Position numbers and translations under genes: made by a program. Below the pieces are notes generated by a model. The model made no database searches and had not been told where the DNA came from. It saw only the letters and a list, made by a program, of their open reading frames with translations. This document shows positions 9,782 through 18,815 of a stretch of DNA of 64,000 nt, in pieces. Source of the stretch: a virus; the IMG/VR virus record IMGVR_UViG_3300027867_000003, positions 1 through 64,000 of that record; one strand, written 5' to 3'. How positions within the stretch are numbered: position 1 is the stretch's first letter; every line of letters starts with the position of its first letter.

Positions 9782-10891
9782 TCAGTAAAAGGGGAGGAAG
9801 ATTGGCTGATTTCTAGGACCGACTAGCTGCAACCAGCCTTGAGGCAGCCAATGAGAGTTCATAGGGCCAAACGGACCAAGGCCAAAGACAGTCTGATTAG
9901 CGTTGGGAACAAAGTTCGCCACGATTCCGCCGACCGAAACTGCGGCCGAATTGAGCAAAGAAGCCAAGGTTGATATAGTCGCGAAGCTAGGCACTGAGTT
10001 GGCGCAGCCATTACTTCCACACATTAAGACCGAATTAGAAACACCGACGTTAGTTGATTGAATTGGATTTGTTCCGTTACCTACGAGAACGGCGTTGGCG
10101 GTTAGAAAATTTGTTCCGATTCCTCCCGAGGCAACACTGAGAGTTCCGAAGCTCGGGTCATTTCCGGGACCATTACTGAGTAAGACTTGGCCCGCTGTCC
10201 CGGTGGGGACGGAGCTAAACGGAAGGGACCCTTCTCCAACTAAGACGTTATGAAGACCGAGAGATGATTGCCCAGAGCCGCCATACGACGGCGATATGAC
10301 ACTACCGTTCCAGACACCAGAAGCTATGGTTCCAACGCCCGTTATTCCAGTCGGACCACTCAAACCTGAGTATGTTCCACTGAGCCGTCCCGATGGCAAG
10401 GTTCCTGATGAAATGTTTGAGGCATTGGTCGTATCGGTTGTGGCGCTAGGAGCAAATGCAGTGCCAGCTAATTTACTAACTGTGACCGTCCCAGCAGCAT
10501 TCATCGACACATCGCCGCCTAAGGACAACGATAGCGGGTCGCTACTGGGACCTTGACCAATTAAAATTTGTCCATTTCCCATCGCTGAAAGGACAGTAAT
10601 CGGGCTTGTACCTTCACCGAGAAGAACGCCGTGGGCAGTTAGAGAATTCTGCCCGGTGCCACCACCGGAGACAATTAGGGGCGTTCCAAGAGAAATTGAA
10701 TTGGCTATAATATTACCCGACATATTGATGGCGGCAATGGCCGTAGAGGAAAATAGAATCGAAGACCCGCTCGCGCCACCACCAGTGCAATTATTTCCAA
10801 GGCAATTAGTCTGCGCGAAAGACAGTGATGGATAGACCAGCCCCAACGCCAAGACCGCAGAGTAAGCGAATTTGTTAATTATCTTAGACAT
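9782..10891 (-). CDS. fibre-like repeat protein with signal peptide
   Basis: Three GG(T/S/I)G...VL(L/V)G(E/N)G repeats typical of fibre shafts; N-terminus ends SFA-Q. Confidence 0.65.
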   Translation of the reverse strand: MSKIINKFAYSAVLALGLVYPSLSFAQTNCLGNNCTGGGASGSSILFSSTAIAAINMSGNIIANSISLGTPLIVSGGGTGQNSLTAHGVLLGEGTSPITVLSAMGNGQILIGQGPSSDPLSLSLGGDVSMNAAGTVTVSKLAGTAFAPSATTDTTNASNISSGTLPSGRLSGTYSGLSGPTGITGVGTIASGVWNGSVISPSYGGSGQSSLGLHNVLVGEGSLPFSSVPTGTAGQVLLSNGPGNDPSFGTLSVASGGIGTNFLTANAVLVGNGTNPIQSTNVGVSNSVLMCGSNGCANSVPSFATISTLASLLNSAAVSVGGIVANFVPNANQTVFGLGPFGPMNSHWLPQGWLQLVGPRNQPIFLPFY

Positions 10892-11780
10892 GGGTCTTTT
10901 GAATCACACGACAGGTATCGTCGATGCGGGTCATTTTGACGGGTTTATCGGCGAAATATTCATCGGTGGCCTTTCGTGATCCGTTCCAGCAACCATAGTC
11001 ATCGATAATTAGAATTCCCCCCAGAGATAATCTGGGCCACAGAACCTCTAGTTCGTGTTTCGTAGATTCATACCAATCGGTGTCGAGACGGACGATCGCA
11101 AAAGAATCGGCGGCGAAGTCACGAAGTGTGTCTTCAACACGGCCCTTGTAATATTCGACGAATTTCTCGGGATATTCCGTAGAGGCCATGTTTCGTTGGA
11201 CGTCTTCAAGCGGCTCCTTAATCCAACCCTCTTTCCACTGAGTCATTGCAGAATTGCCACAGGTATCAATGTCATTGACCCCCGCTGCGGTCATGCCCTC
11301 AAATGTGTCGAATAATTGAATTCGACGGGAAACAGGACCTTTAGCCATATTAGCTAAGGCCATCATCATCGACGAGCCACCCTTCCAGACGCCACATTCT
11401 ATGAAGGACCCAGGAATTTTGCTCCGTTCAACATATTCAACTGTCTTATATAAATCGAAGAGTCTTTCTGCCGACGTGAGCGTAAATGGTTTTACCTTGT
11501 CATAGAGGGGCCAAAAATCTTCATCAAAGTCGGCACATCGAATTCGATCCGCGGGAACAGGCGTCAATAGATGAAGGGCATTAAACAGGATTTCAGGAAC
11601 GATCTCCGCAGCACTGGCACCGACGAATGTAAAGTCGTCATCGAGCGGGCGACTCTTTAGGCTACTCTCAACTGCATCGTTTTCATTGTCTGCGAAGGCT
11701 GCCCCTGCCGCAGTGAGCAGTTGCGTTTGACCCATTGATTTTTTGGCGGCCGTAACAGCAGTTACATAGAACTTACTCAT
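10884..11780 (-). CDS. TylF/MycF/NovP-family O-methyltransferase
   Basis: IPGSFIECGVWKGGS, LFDTFEG, RLDTDWYEST, IIDDYG motifs. Confidence 0.9.
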   Translation of the reverse strand: MSKFYVTAVTAAKKSMGQTQLLTAAGAAFADNENDAVESSLKSRPLDDDFTFVGASAAEIVPEILFNALHLLTPVPADRIRCADFDEDFWPLYDKVKPFTLTSAERLFDLYKTVEYVERSKIPGSFIECGVWKGGSSMMMALANMAKGPVSRRIQLFDTFEGMTAAGVNDIDTCGNSAMTQWKEGWIKEPLEDVQRNMASTEYPEKFVEYYKGRVEDTLRDFAADSFAIVRLDTDWYESTKHELEVLWPRLSLGGILIIDDYGCWNGSRKATDEYFADKPVKMTRIDDTCRVIQKTHV

Positions 11781-12646
11781 TCGGCTGCCTCAGCGGTTTG
11801 TTTGTCAAATTCAGCCTTCATTTCTTTGGCCTTTTGTCTAAATCCATCAAGATTCGGACCTAGAGTTGATCTCCAGACCTTTTGACCCCGATGAGTGAAT
11901 TGGATATCGGGATCAATCCAGACTTCGCCACCCATATCGACCCATTTCTGAGCAAAGGCGTAGTCTTCGCCAGTCCACCATCTGTCGGGAGCGACACCCA
12001 TTTCAAAAATATTTGAATATTCCCCAACCGAATGATCGTGCTCGGTGTCGTAGAATATTCCGCTGATTTTGGTCATTTCCTCCAAAACCCAGCGTTTGAT
12101 TCTCAGAAACCCTGTTGGGACCTTGAAGGCCCTTAGGAGCCCATCTTCGCGCTCAATCAATTTGCCCGTCGCTGTGTCAGCAATTAGATGAACGGGAAAA
12201 TCAAGTTCATCAGACTTCTTGGGATAAATGCCGGCCAAGACACCTTCGGGTCGCCGGATGAATTCAATGACTTTCTCGGCAGGCCATCCCACATCGTCGT
12301 CGATGAAGAAGAAATCACTAGCCTGGGGGAATTTTCTCAGAAAATCCGTCGCCAATTTACTACGGACCTTTGAGAGATACGGATCGCCACCCCGGTAGAG
12401 GCTTCCAAAGGGAATTCCAGCCTCAACGAGTTTGACGAGGGTCCGGGTCCAAGAGTCTAGATATTCGAGACAAACGCTATGATGAAGGGCAGGGGTGGCA
12501 AATAAGACGCCACCAACATTGCTCAATTCTTGCATTGGGGTCTTATATTCATTAGGGTTTGCAACAAGGGGCATCCCCGTGGTTTCGTGTGCAAGTTTCA
12601 AGACCTCATCGAAACCATCGGTGGACTTCTTTTCGTCAGTTGACAT
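11777..12646 (-). CDS. GT-A fold glycosyltransferase-like protein
   Basis: LFATPA, FFFIDDDVGW (DxD), AGIYPKK, VPTGFLRIKR, GEDYAF..W..GG, H(R)G motifs. Confidence 0.75.
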   Translation of the reverse strand: MSTDEKKSTDGFDEVLKLAHETTGMPLVANPNEYKTPMQELSNVGGVLFATPALHHSVCLEYLDSWTRTLVKLVEAGIPFGSLYRGGDPYLSKVRSKLATDFLRKFPQASDFFFIDDDVGWPAEKVIEFIRRPEGVLAGIYPKKSDELDFPVHLIADTATGKLIEREDGLLRAFKVPTGFLRIKRWVLEEMTKISGIFYDTEHDHSVGEYSNIFEMGVAPDRWWTGEDYAFAQKWVDMGGEVWIDPDIQFTHRGQKVWRSTLGPNLDGFRQKAKEMKAEFDKQTAEAAE

Positions 12647-12902
12647 TTGCGGGCCTCATTATGACCTGAGTAAGGATATTTTGTAGCAAATCGTCCTTGA
12701 TTCGATTAACATTGGCATCTAAGAATCTGCATCCTTCAAGACCTGGATCATTCGATTCAGCGTGACCTCTAGTATTTCTAATAGCTTGGTCTTCATCCAT
12801 AGCTATAGTGAGGCAAGCCGAGTGTCGTACTTCATGCCTTTCTCTACCACCTTCTAATTCCGTTACTCTGTCATATAGAAGGGATATGGCAAATAGATCC
12901 AT
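12636..12902 (-). CDS. hypothetical protein
   Basis: 88-aa ORF filling the gap between the two glycosyltransferase-like genes. Confidence 0.45.
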   Translation of the reverse strand: MDLFAISLLYDRVTELEGGRERHEVRHSACLTIAMDEDQAIRNTRGHAESNDPGLEGCRFLDANVNRIKDDLLQNILTQVIMRPANVN

Positions 12903-12903
12903 T

Positions 12904-13785
12904 CTAGGCGGCTTTCTGTAGCTCAGAAATTAGTTTAGGTTCTAGATCGGCAAGAAGGGCGAGGGCTCGGGTCTTGAGTCGCCGATAACGGTCCCCGCCG
13001 TCAGTAGAATTTCCAACTGAGGTCAAAGCTGGATTTGCCCGCATTCCCTCATTGATCCATTGAGAATAGAATTCGATTCGGGGATAACCCCGACGAAGAA
13101 TTTCCTTCCTCCATTCGGGCTCCCGGAACTCGGGATCGTCGATAATTCGACGAGCATCTTGTCGCCGAACAATCTTCAGGGCATCGAAGAGCGTTGACCA
13201 AAAAGCCAAGTCTCGCATTTCTTGAGTTGGCAATTTCTGAGCGATGTCAAGGTGAACATCGGCAAAGGAAATTCGATCAATCAACTTCGCTATATCATCG
13301 ATCCAATGATCCACAAACCAATAGGGAAAATACGGGGGAAAGAAATAGCCCAATTTCGCCGTTAGCTCGTGAGTAAGGGCATAGATTCCGGCAAAAGAGG
13401 CATTTGCCATATGATTTACAACGACACCAATCTTGTCAGGAAATAGACTTGCAGCATCCAAAATCAGTCGATCAAATCCCGGAGTTGCATAGGCGCAGTA
13501 GTCGGCCGAATAGGTATAAACGGAAGAGGGGAACTCTAGGACCCGATTCCATTTCGATCCAATGTCGTCCTCTCGGGGCTTTACCCACGGGATAATTCGG
13601 TCGTCTCGCGGCAGGAAAGGAAGGGCCTCTAGAGAAGCTGAGTCGTCAGAATCGACAGATATGATTAGCTTGGTCGAATTGAGACTTATATTAGGCAGTG
13701 TTCGTCGGACACATTCTAGCATCCGCCCCGGACGACCTCGAGTGCAAAGGTTGATTGCAAGGGTGTCCGGCTCATAAGGCAGCAT
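12904..13785 (-). CDS. glycosyltransferase family 2-like protein
   Basis: TRGRP, ISVDSDD, SKWN, YFPYWFVDHW motifs. Confidence 0.7.
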   Translation of the reverse strand: MLPYEPDTLAINLCTRGRPGRMLECVRRTLPNISLNSTKLIISVDSDDSASLEALPFLPRDDRIIPWVKPREDDIGSKWNRVLEFPSSVYTYSADYCAYATPGFDRLILDAASLFPDKIGVVVNHMANASFAGIYALTHELTAKLGYFFPPYFPYWFVDHWIDDIAKLIDRISFADVHLDIAQKLPTQEMRDLAFWSTLFDALKIVRRQDARRIIDDPEFREPEWRKEILRRGYPRIEFYSQWINEGMRANPALTSVGNSTDGGDRYRRLKTRALALLADLEPKLISELQKAA

Positions 13786-13974
13786 TTACAACGTTCCCCC
13801 TAACCATTTCTTGCAACGTCGGCAATAATTACCGCCAGTCGAGTCGTCGTGCATTGGTGGCCACGGATGCCCGAATAATCGACATAAAAGCCTAGAAAAA
13901 AAGGTGGAGCTGGAATCAAGAAGCATAATTCCAGCTCCAGTCTTCCATAGCAACCACTCTATGGAATTTCGCCC

Positions 13975-15345
13975 TTAGGAACCTGCAACCAAACCGTTTG
14001 CTACTAGGGCGGTCCGAATTGCAGTAAGAAGGTTTGCCGACTGGGCCTCCTGTGGCGAAATGGTCTGAATCCAGCCCGCCCCGGTATCGATGTTTCCAAC
14101 TTGGAAGTTGGCAACCGAATAAACACCGGAGGGCGGCGTCGCCGTCGTTGCGCCCGTGTTGGCAAAAGTCAGATAGAGGGTATTTGCCGCCGAAGTCCGA
14201 GCACCGACTAGGCCGAGACCCGCCGGCATGGTCGAGGGTGGATTGACCCAAACAGGACTATTGACCGTTAGGCCCGTCACGGTGAAGGATTGCTCTGCTG
14301 TGGTCGAAGCAGCAACGCCAGTTGGCGTAAGGGCCGGCGCATAGGTTACGCAGGGGGCCGCCGGATTCGGACGGAATAGCGTAATCCCATATATCTCAGC
14401 AGTCGCTGAGGGCGTGATAGCCGTGGTTGACGTGTTGCCGTAGGTCACAGCCAAGGAGGTTGCCCCTGCAATTCGGGCACCCCCCATAAGGACCGTTGTC
14501 TCAGCTGAGGGCTTAGTGATTCCGACAATTGCGTCGGTCGTCGCGAGGCCAGCAACGGTGTAAGTTAGTTCCTTAACCGTGACAACGCTCTGATTCCCAG
14601 TAATCAGCTCTTCGACCAAAATGTTGTTGTTCGTCGCATCGAGGCCAGCGACTTGCCAAACAGTATAGCCCTCCGATGCAGTCGGTGTCACTGACGACGC
14701 ACCAACATTCATAAATGTAATGCCGACTTGATTCGCTGCTGCGACTCGAACGCCGGCAACATCAAGGCCACCCTGAGAAGAAGGCTTCATAACCTGAACG
14801 ACAGAGCCGGCCTGAATCCCCGGAACAGTGAAGACCTGTTCAGCCGTCGTATTGGGCAAAACGGGAGCCGGCGACAGAGTCACAACGTTCGAGACCATGC
14901 CACGAAGAACAACGGCCCGATAGACTTCACCAGCAGTCGGGCTTACGGCGCCGGAAGAGAGATTCGAGAACGAGACTGCAATAGAGTTTGTTCCACTGAC
15001 GCGGACATTTCCAACCCCAACACCAGCCTGGGCCGTAGGCTTGTTGACATAGATCAGGTCACCAGCTTGAGGAATAACCGAAGCGGTGCCACCAATGACG
15101 GTCGTTAGACCAGTTTCCCAGGTCGAGTTTGCCGCAACAGCATGGGGGGTAGCAACGAAGAAGAAAGTGCCAACCAAGCCAGCAGCTTCGCCCTTGGCGA
15201 CAGCAGCAAACGCGCCACCAGATGCCTGAGGTTGGGGCGTTGCGCCATAAAAAGCGATGAGGTCGGCAGGGCTCTGACCAAGAACTGTGCCAGCCGTATT
15301 CCCGTCGCTGAGCTGACGGACCTGAGTCGAGGAAGAGAGGGGCAT
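13975..15345 (-). CDS. capsid decoration-like protein with four tandem beta-domains
   Basis: N-terminal LSDGN..LGQS..DLIAFYGATP and C-terminal IRTALVANGL flank four roughly 85-90 aa repeats; near the coat gene. Confidence 0.65.
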   Translation of the reverse strand: MPLSSSTQVRQLSDGNTAGTVLGQSPADLIAFYGATPQPQASGGAFAAVAKGEAAGLVGTFFFVATPHAVAANSTWETGLTTVIGGTASVIPQAGDLIYVNKPTAQAGVGVGNVRVSGTNSIAVSFSNLSSGAVSPTAGEVYRAVVLRGMVSNVVTLSPAPVLPNTTAEQVFTVPGIQAGSVVQVMKPSSQGGLDVAGVRVAAANQVGITFMNVGASSVTPTASEGYTVWQVAGLDATNNNILVEELITGNQSVVTVKELTYTVAGLATTDAIVGITKPSAETTVLMGGARIAGATSLAVTYGNTSTTAITPSATAEIYGITLFRPNPAAPCVTYAPALTPTGVAASTTAEQSFTVTGLTVNSPVWVNPPSTMPAGLGLVGARTSAANTLYLTFANTGATTATPPSGVYSVANFQVGNIDTGAGWIQTISPQEAQSANLLTAIRTALVANGLVAGS

Positions 15346-15359
15346 CGAAAGGTCTCCTA

Positions 15360-15665
15360 TTAACCGATGATCGGAACTACGGGCAGAACGGAGGGGTTAG
15401 ACCAGGTCCGCTCTGCCCCAAGTCGGATCTGGTTGTTGATTGCGGCCCGGAATTCGACGGCCAATGAATGGGGAATTTTTGGGCCAACGGGAATTGTGCC
15501 CCGAGTTATGTCATCAACCCAAACCTGATAGAGAGGTTCGGGGATGATATTGGGTCGAAGCATTTCCCGTTGTTCATCTCGGGAGAGCTTGTTAAAAGGA
15601 CGATAATCGGGAAATCCAACCGGAGTCCCCCCACTAGCCCGAACTGAGGGTTTCAGTTTAGTCAT
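15360..15665 (-). CDS. hypothetical protein
   Basis: 101-aa ORF co-oriented in the head operon. Confidence 0.55.
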   Translation of the reverse strand: MTKLKPSVRASGGTPVGFPDYRPFNKLSRDEQREMLRPNIIPEPLYQVWVDDITRGTIPVGPKIPHSLAVEFRAAINNQIRLGAERTWSNPSVLPVVPIIG

Positions 15666-15880
15666 TCAAATAAGTCCCCTATGTCTATTGCCAAGTCGGT
15701 TTTAATCTTTCGGGGACCTCTTGGGGATGATGTGTCGAGAATCGGATCACCCCCTAAATCCCTCCAGCTTCGCCCTTTTCTTGTGTCGGTTATAGTTGGT
15801 TGGCTGATATTATATCGCTTAGCTAGAACGCTGGTTGTAAACAACGAGCCAACTATACCATGAACCGCTGAGCTTGGCAA
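15662..15880 (-). pseudogene. remnant of HNH-type endonuclease C-terminus (HTH) with AIDIGDLF tail
   Basis: LAKRYNISQPTITDTRKGRSW resembles the C-terminal HTH of phage HNH endonucleases; no catalytic domain; AT-rich. Confidence 0.5.
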
Positions 15881-16036
15881 GCCTAATTCTCCATCTAATT
15901 CGGGATAGTATTTAGAACATCATTATCGATAGCAAATAGGGAATACGTCATTGTTTAGGTCGGAGGGTGTCGTATGACTAATCTGGTCGCCAGATACATC
16001 ATACAACACCAATCCGTCCAAACAAGCAAAGTCGGA

Positions 16037-17242
16037 TCAATTCGTGAGTCGAACGCCGAGTTCGGGATAGAAGCTGGACGTTCCGTACAAAATGTCGATG
16101 CGAGCTGGAAAAACGTCGTTCTGAATGTCGAACGCTCTAATAATTCGCATCGAGACGTTCTTATAATTCTCTCTCGCAGCGAAATCAACCCCTTCGGGAA
16201 TTTCCATCGGCACGGTCACGAGCCCGAAGGTGTCGCGAACGAAGGCCAGATTCTGGGCCACGGTGGCATTCTGTGTCCCAAGGACCGTGATAGCAGCGAG
16301 GTTGGCCGGAAGCGCATCGACCGTGGCATAGGGATTCGTGTTCGGCGCGGTGCCGACCACAGAGATCGACGGCGAGATCGGAATCACAGCATTTCCACTT
16401 CCGTCGGAATTAACCGCCGCCGTGACGACAAAGTTCTGGAGATTCCCCGTCGAAACTCGCGATTGCGGATTGATCGCATGGACACCGGCGATCGTGAAGA
16501 CATTGCCGGGGAGCAGAAGATTCGTGACGCTGGCGGTCCAACCATTGGTCACGAGTGACGAGCCGGTTTGGTTGGCGCCATTGACCACGCCGGCCGAAGT
16601 GCCCCAAGCACCGAGGGTCTCGGACTGGACGTTCTGGTCTCCATAAATCTCGAAGTTCGCAATGTTGGCGAGGAAGCCCTTGAGGGCAGGCTCGGCAACG
16701 GAGCGAACATAGAGGGAGATCAGGGCGGCATCAACGGACCAATAAGCGGCCGGATTGAGAACGAGATAGCGTCCGTCCTGCGGCACTGCTCCTTCGTCCA
16801 TCCGTTGGCCAACCGCCGCGACACTAGAATAGGAATTGGGCAAAGTCCCTGTGGTGCCCACTTTATTCCAAACGGCACTCCAATTGCCCATCACGTCGTA
16901 GTCGAGGCGGTTGGCGAGGGCCGCAGCGCCCGGCTTAAGATAGCGTTCGCTGAATTCCTCGATCGTCAGCGTCAGTTCGGTCGAACTGAATTCGAAATCC
17001 ACATGGCGCTGATTGGAAATGGAGATTGAAGTCGACGGCTCAGTGATGTTCTGAATCTGGAGACCTGGTCCAGTCGAAACCGTGAACCGATTGGGTTTGC
17101 GAACTGTCAGGGATGAGCCGATTTTGACGAACTGGTTTTCGAACTGTCGGTTAACCTTGCCGGTCATGACAAGGTTATTTTCGAGGAACACCAGTGTCTC
17201 TTTGCTGATGATGCTCGGGGTCAGAGTATTGTTGGAGGGCAT
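16037..17242 (-). CDS. major capsid protein, P22 coat (gp5) family
   Basis: NTLTPSIISKE, KIGSSLTVRKP, FSERYLKP, RIDILYG..YPEL motifs; GAGGA RBS. Confidence 0.92.
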   Translation of the reverse strand: MPSNNTLTPSIISKETLVFLENNLVMTGKVNRQFENQFVKIGSSLTVRKPNRFTVSTGPGLQIQNITEPSTSISISNQRHVDFEFSSTELTLTIEEFSERYLKPGAAALANRLDYDVMGNWSAVWNKVGTTGTLPNSYSSVAAVGQRMDEGAVPQDGRYLVLNPAAYWSVDAALISLYVRSVAEPALKGFLANIANFEIYGDQNVQSETLGAWGTSAGVVNGANQTGSSLVTNGWTASVTNLLLPGNVFTIAGVHAINPQSRVSTGNLQNFVVTAAVNSDGSGNAVIPISPSISVVGTAPNTNPYATVDALPANLAAITVLGTQNATVAQNLAFVRDTFGLVTVPMEIPEGVDFAARENYKNVSMRIIRAFDIQNDVFPARIDILYGTSSFYPELGVRLTN

Positions 17243-17441
17243 AGGTTAATTCCTCGCGAAGCGAATTGACAAAAGACCAGAGTTTCCAACTCCAGCCAGT
17301 TCTTGGGTTGAGTAACGCCTCCGCGAAGAGGACCGAAGCCCTCGGCCTAGGTTATACCGCCTAGTGTCGGTTGAGTACGACGCCCTCCGGCGAGAAAACG
17401 GACCCGAGATCAGAGTTCCCGGTGAACTCAGTGTTCAGATC

Positions 17442-18578
17442 TTAGTGCAGTTGTCGCCCCGGACGACGCTCAGCCAGAAGCTCACGGCTCCGCCGAGCAC
17501 CATATTCTTCCATCGATTCCTCACTGGGGGACCGCTGAGTAGCAGCCGCAGCAGCCCCGACAATCGGGTTCGGCGGAGGGGGAGGATTGTTATTCACTGG
17601 AGGAGTCGTGGGCGTCGGTGGAGTATTGTCGCTTCCATTCGGGGCCACAGGTGGAGCCAAGGCATTGGTTACAGTCGGCACCGAAGGCGGGGCTAATTTT
17701 GCTGCAATCAACCCAAGTTCGAACGCCTGGGCAGCTGCGTCGGGAACCGGCAATCCAGCCATCGGGTGGCCCTGGGGGAAGACTTGATCCTTGACAACCA
17801 GGCCGGCGATCCTCGATGCCTCGGCGGGATTCTTTCCAAGGAAATAGGCAATATCAGGTCCATTTTCGTGTCGAACGATCGTGTTGACCATTGCGACAGA
17901 GATCGGGAGGCTCGGATTATTTGTGACCTCATAGTAGTCGGGGTATTTTTCGAGAACCGTGGCTTGCTTGACTTCCCAATTTTGACGGAGGGTCTGAGCC
18001 TCAGCCCGGGTACGAGCCTCATATTCCTCTTGAGCCCTGCGATCGAGGGTCTGTTGCTCCGTCTGACGACGAAGGTTCTCAGATTCTTCCTGAATTCGGC
18101 GCATTTCGGCCGCTGTAGTCGCAGCCGCTCGGCGGGCGCCCCAATCGACAAGGGCCTCATCGTAGGCAACCGGATCGGCAAAACTATCTCGGGAGGGCCG
18201 AGGCTCCATAAAGTCGGTAACGGGAACCGCCGGAGTCGGAGCAATTGGGACTGGAGCCGTTTGTCGAGTCAACAACTCTTCATGTCGTTGCATAAGGCGC
18301 CGAAAATCCTCGGATTGCTGATTGACCAGCTGCTCTAGGCGGCGCCTCTCTCCGACTAACTCGGCAATCCGGGGAGCAATCGGCGACCGGGGTTCGTGAG
18401 TTAGGTCGGCAGGACCCGTCGGTGGCGCGGGAGGAGCTACGGTCGGCTCGGGAGTCGGTGGCGCGACGGGATCAGGCACAATGGTCGGTCGATCCGTCGT
18501 TGCACTGAGGGCTGGACCGGAGGGAGCCACTGCGGCATTCGGATTCGGAGTCGGGACTACGGGTTCGTTATCGGCCAT
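17442..18578 (-). CDS. scaffolding protein
   Basis: Pro-rich ends, coiled coil, KYPDY, GPDIAYFLGKNP, SMEEY..RR; sits upstream of the coat gene. Confidence 0.85.
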   Translation of the reverse strand: MADNEPVVPTPNPNAAVAPSGPALSATTDRPTIVPDPVAPPTPEPTVAPPAPPTGPADLTHEPRSPIAPRIAELVGERRRLEQLVNQQSEDFRRLMQRHEELLTRQTAPVPIAPTPAVPVTDFMEPRPSRDSFADPVAYDEALVDWGARRAAATTAAEMRRIQEESENLRRQTEQQTLDRRAQEEYEARTRAEAQTLRQNWEVKQATVLEKYPDYYEVTNNPSLPISVAMVNTIVRHENGPDIAYFLGKNPAEASRIAGLVVKDQVFPQGHPMAGLPVPDAAAQAFELGLIAAKLAPPSVPTVTNALAPPVAPNGSDNTPPTPTTPPVNNNPPPPPNPIVGAAAAATQRSPSEESMEEYGARRSRELLAERRPGRQLH

Positions 18579-18584
18579 CGGTAT

Positions 18585-18815
18585 CTACTTTCGCTTAGAG
18601 GAATTAGAGGATTTCGTGGTCTTCGGCCCCATCCGTGCTACGCGGGCCATTGATTCTTTTTTCTCGGCGGCCAATTTCGCCACACTCGCCATGAGCTTCG
18701 GGTCGCGCTTGATTTCCTCAGCCCGAGTTAAGTGATGAAGGGCATCGTGGGCGGCATAGTCATGTTCGGTTGTTGGCATGACCGAGGCTCTCGTGGGCTT
18801 CGATCGAGATTTCAT
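18585..18815 (-). CDS. small basic protein
   Basis: LTRAEEIKRDPKLM motif; coupled to neighbours. Confidence 0.6.
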   Translation of the reverse strand: MKSRSKPTRASVMPTTEHDYAAHDALHHLTRAEEIKRDPKLMASVAKLAAEKKESMARVARMGPKTTKSSNSSKRK

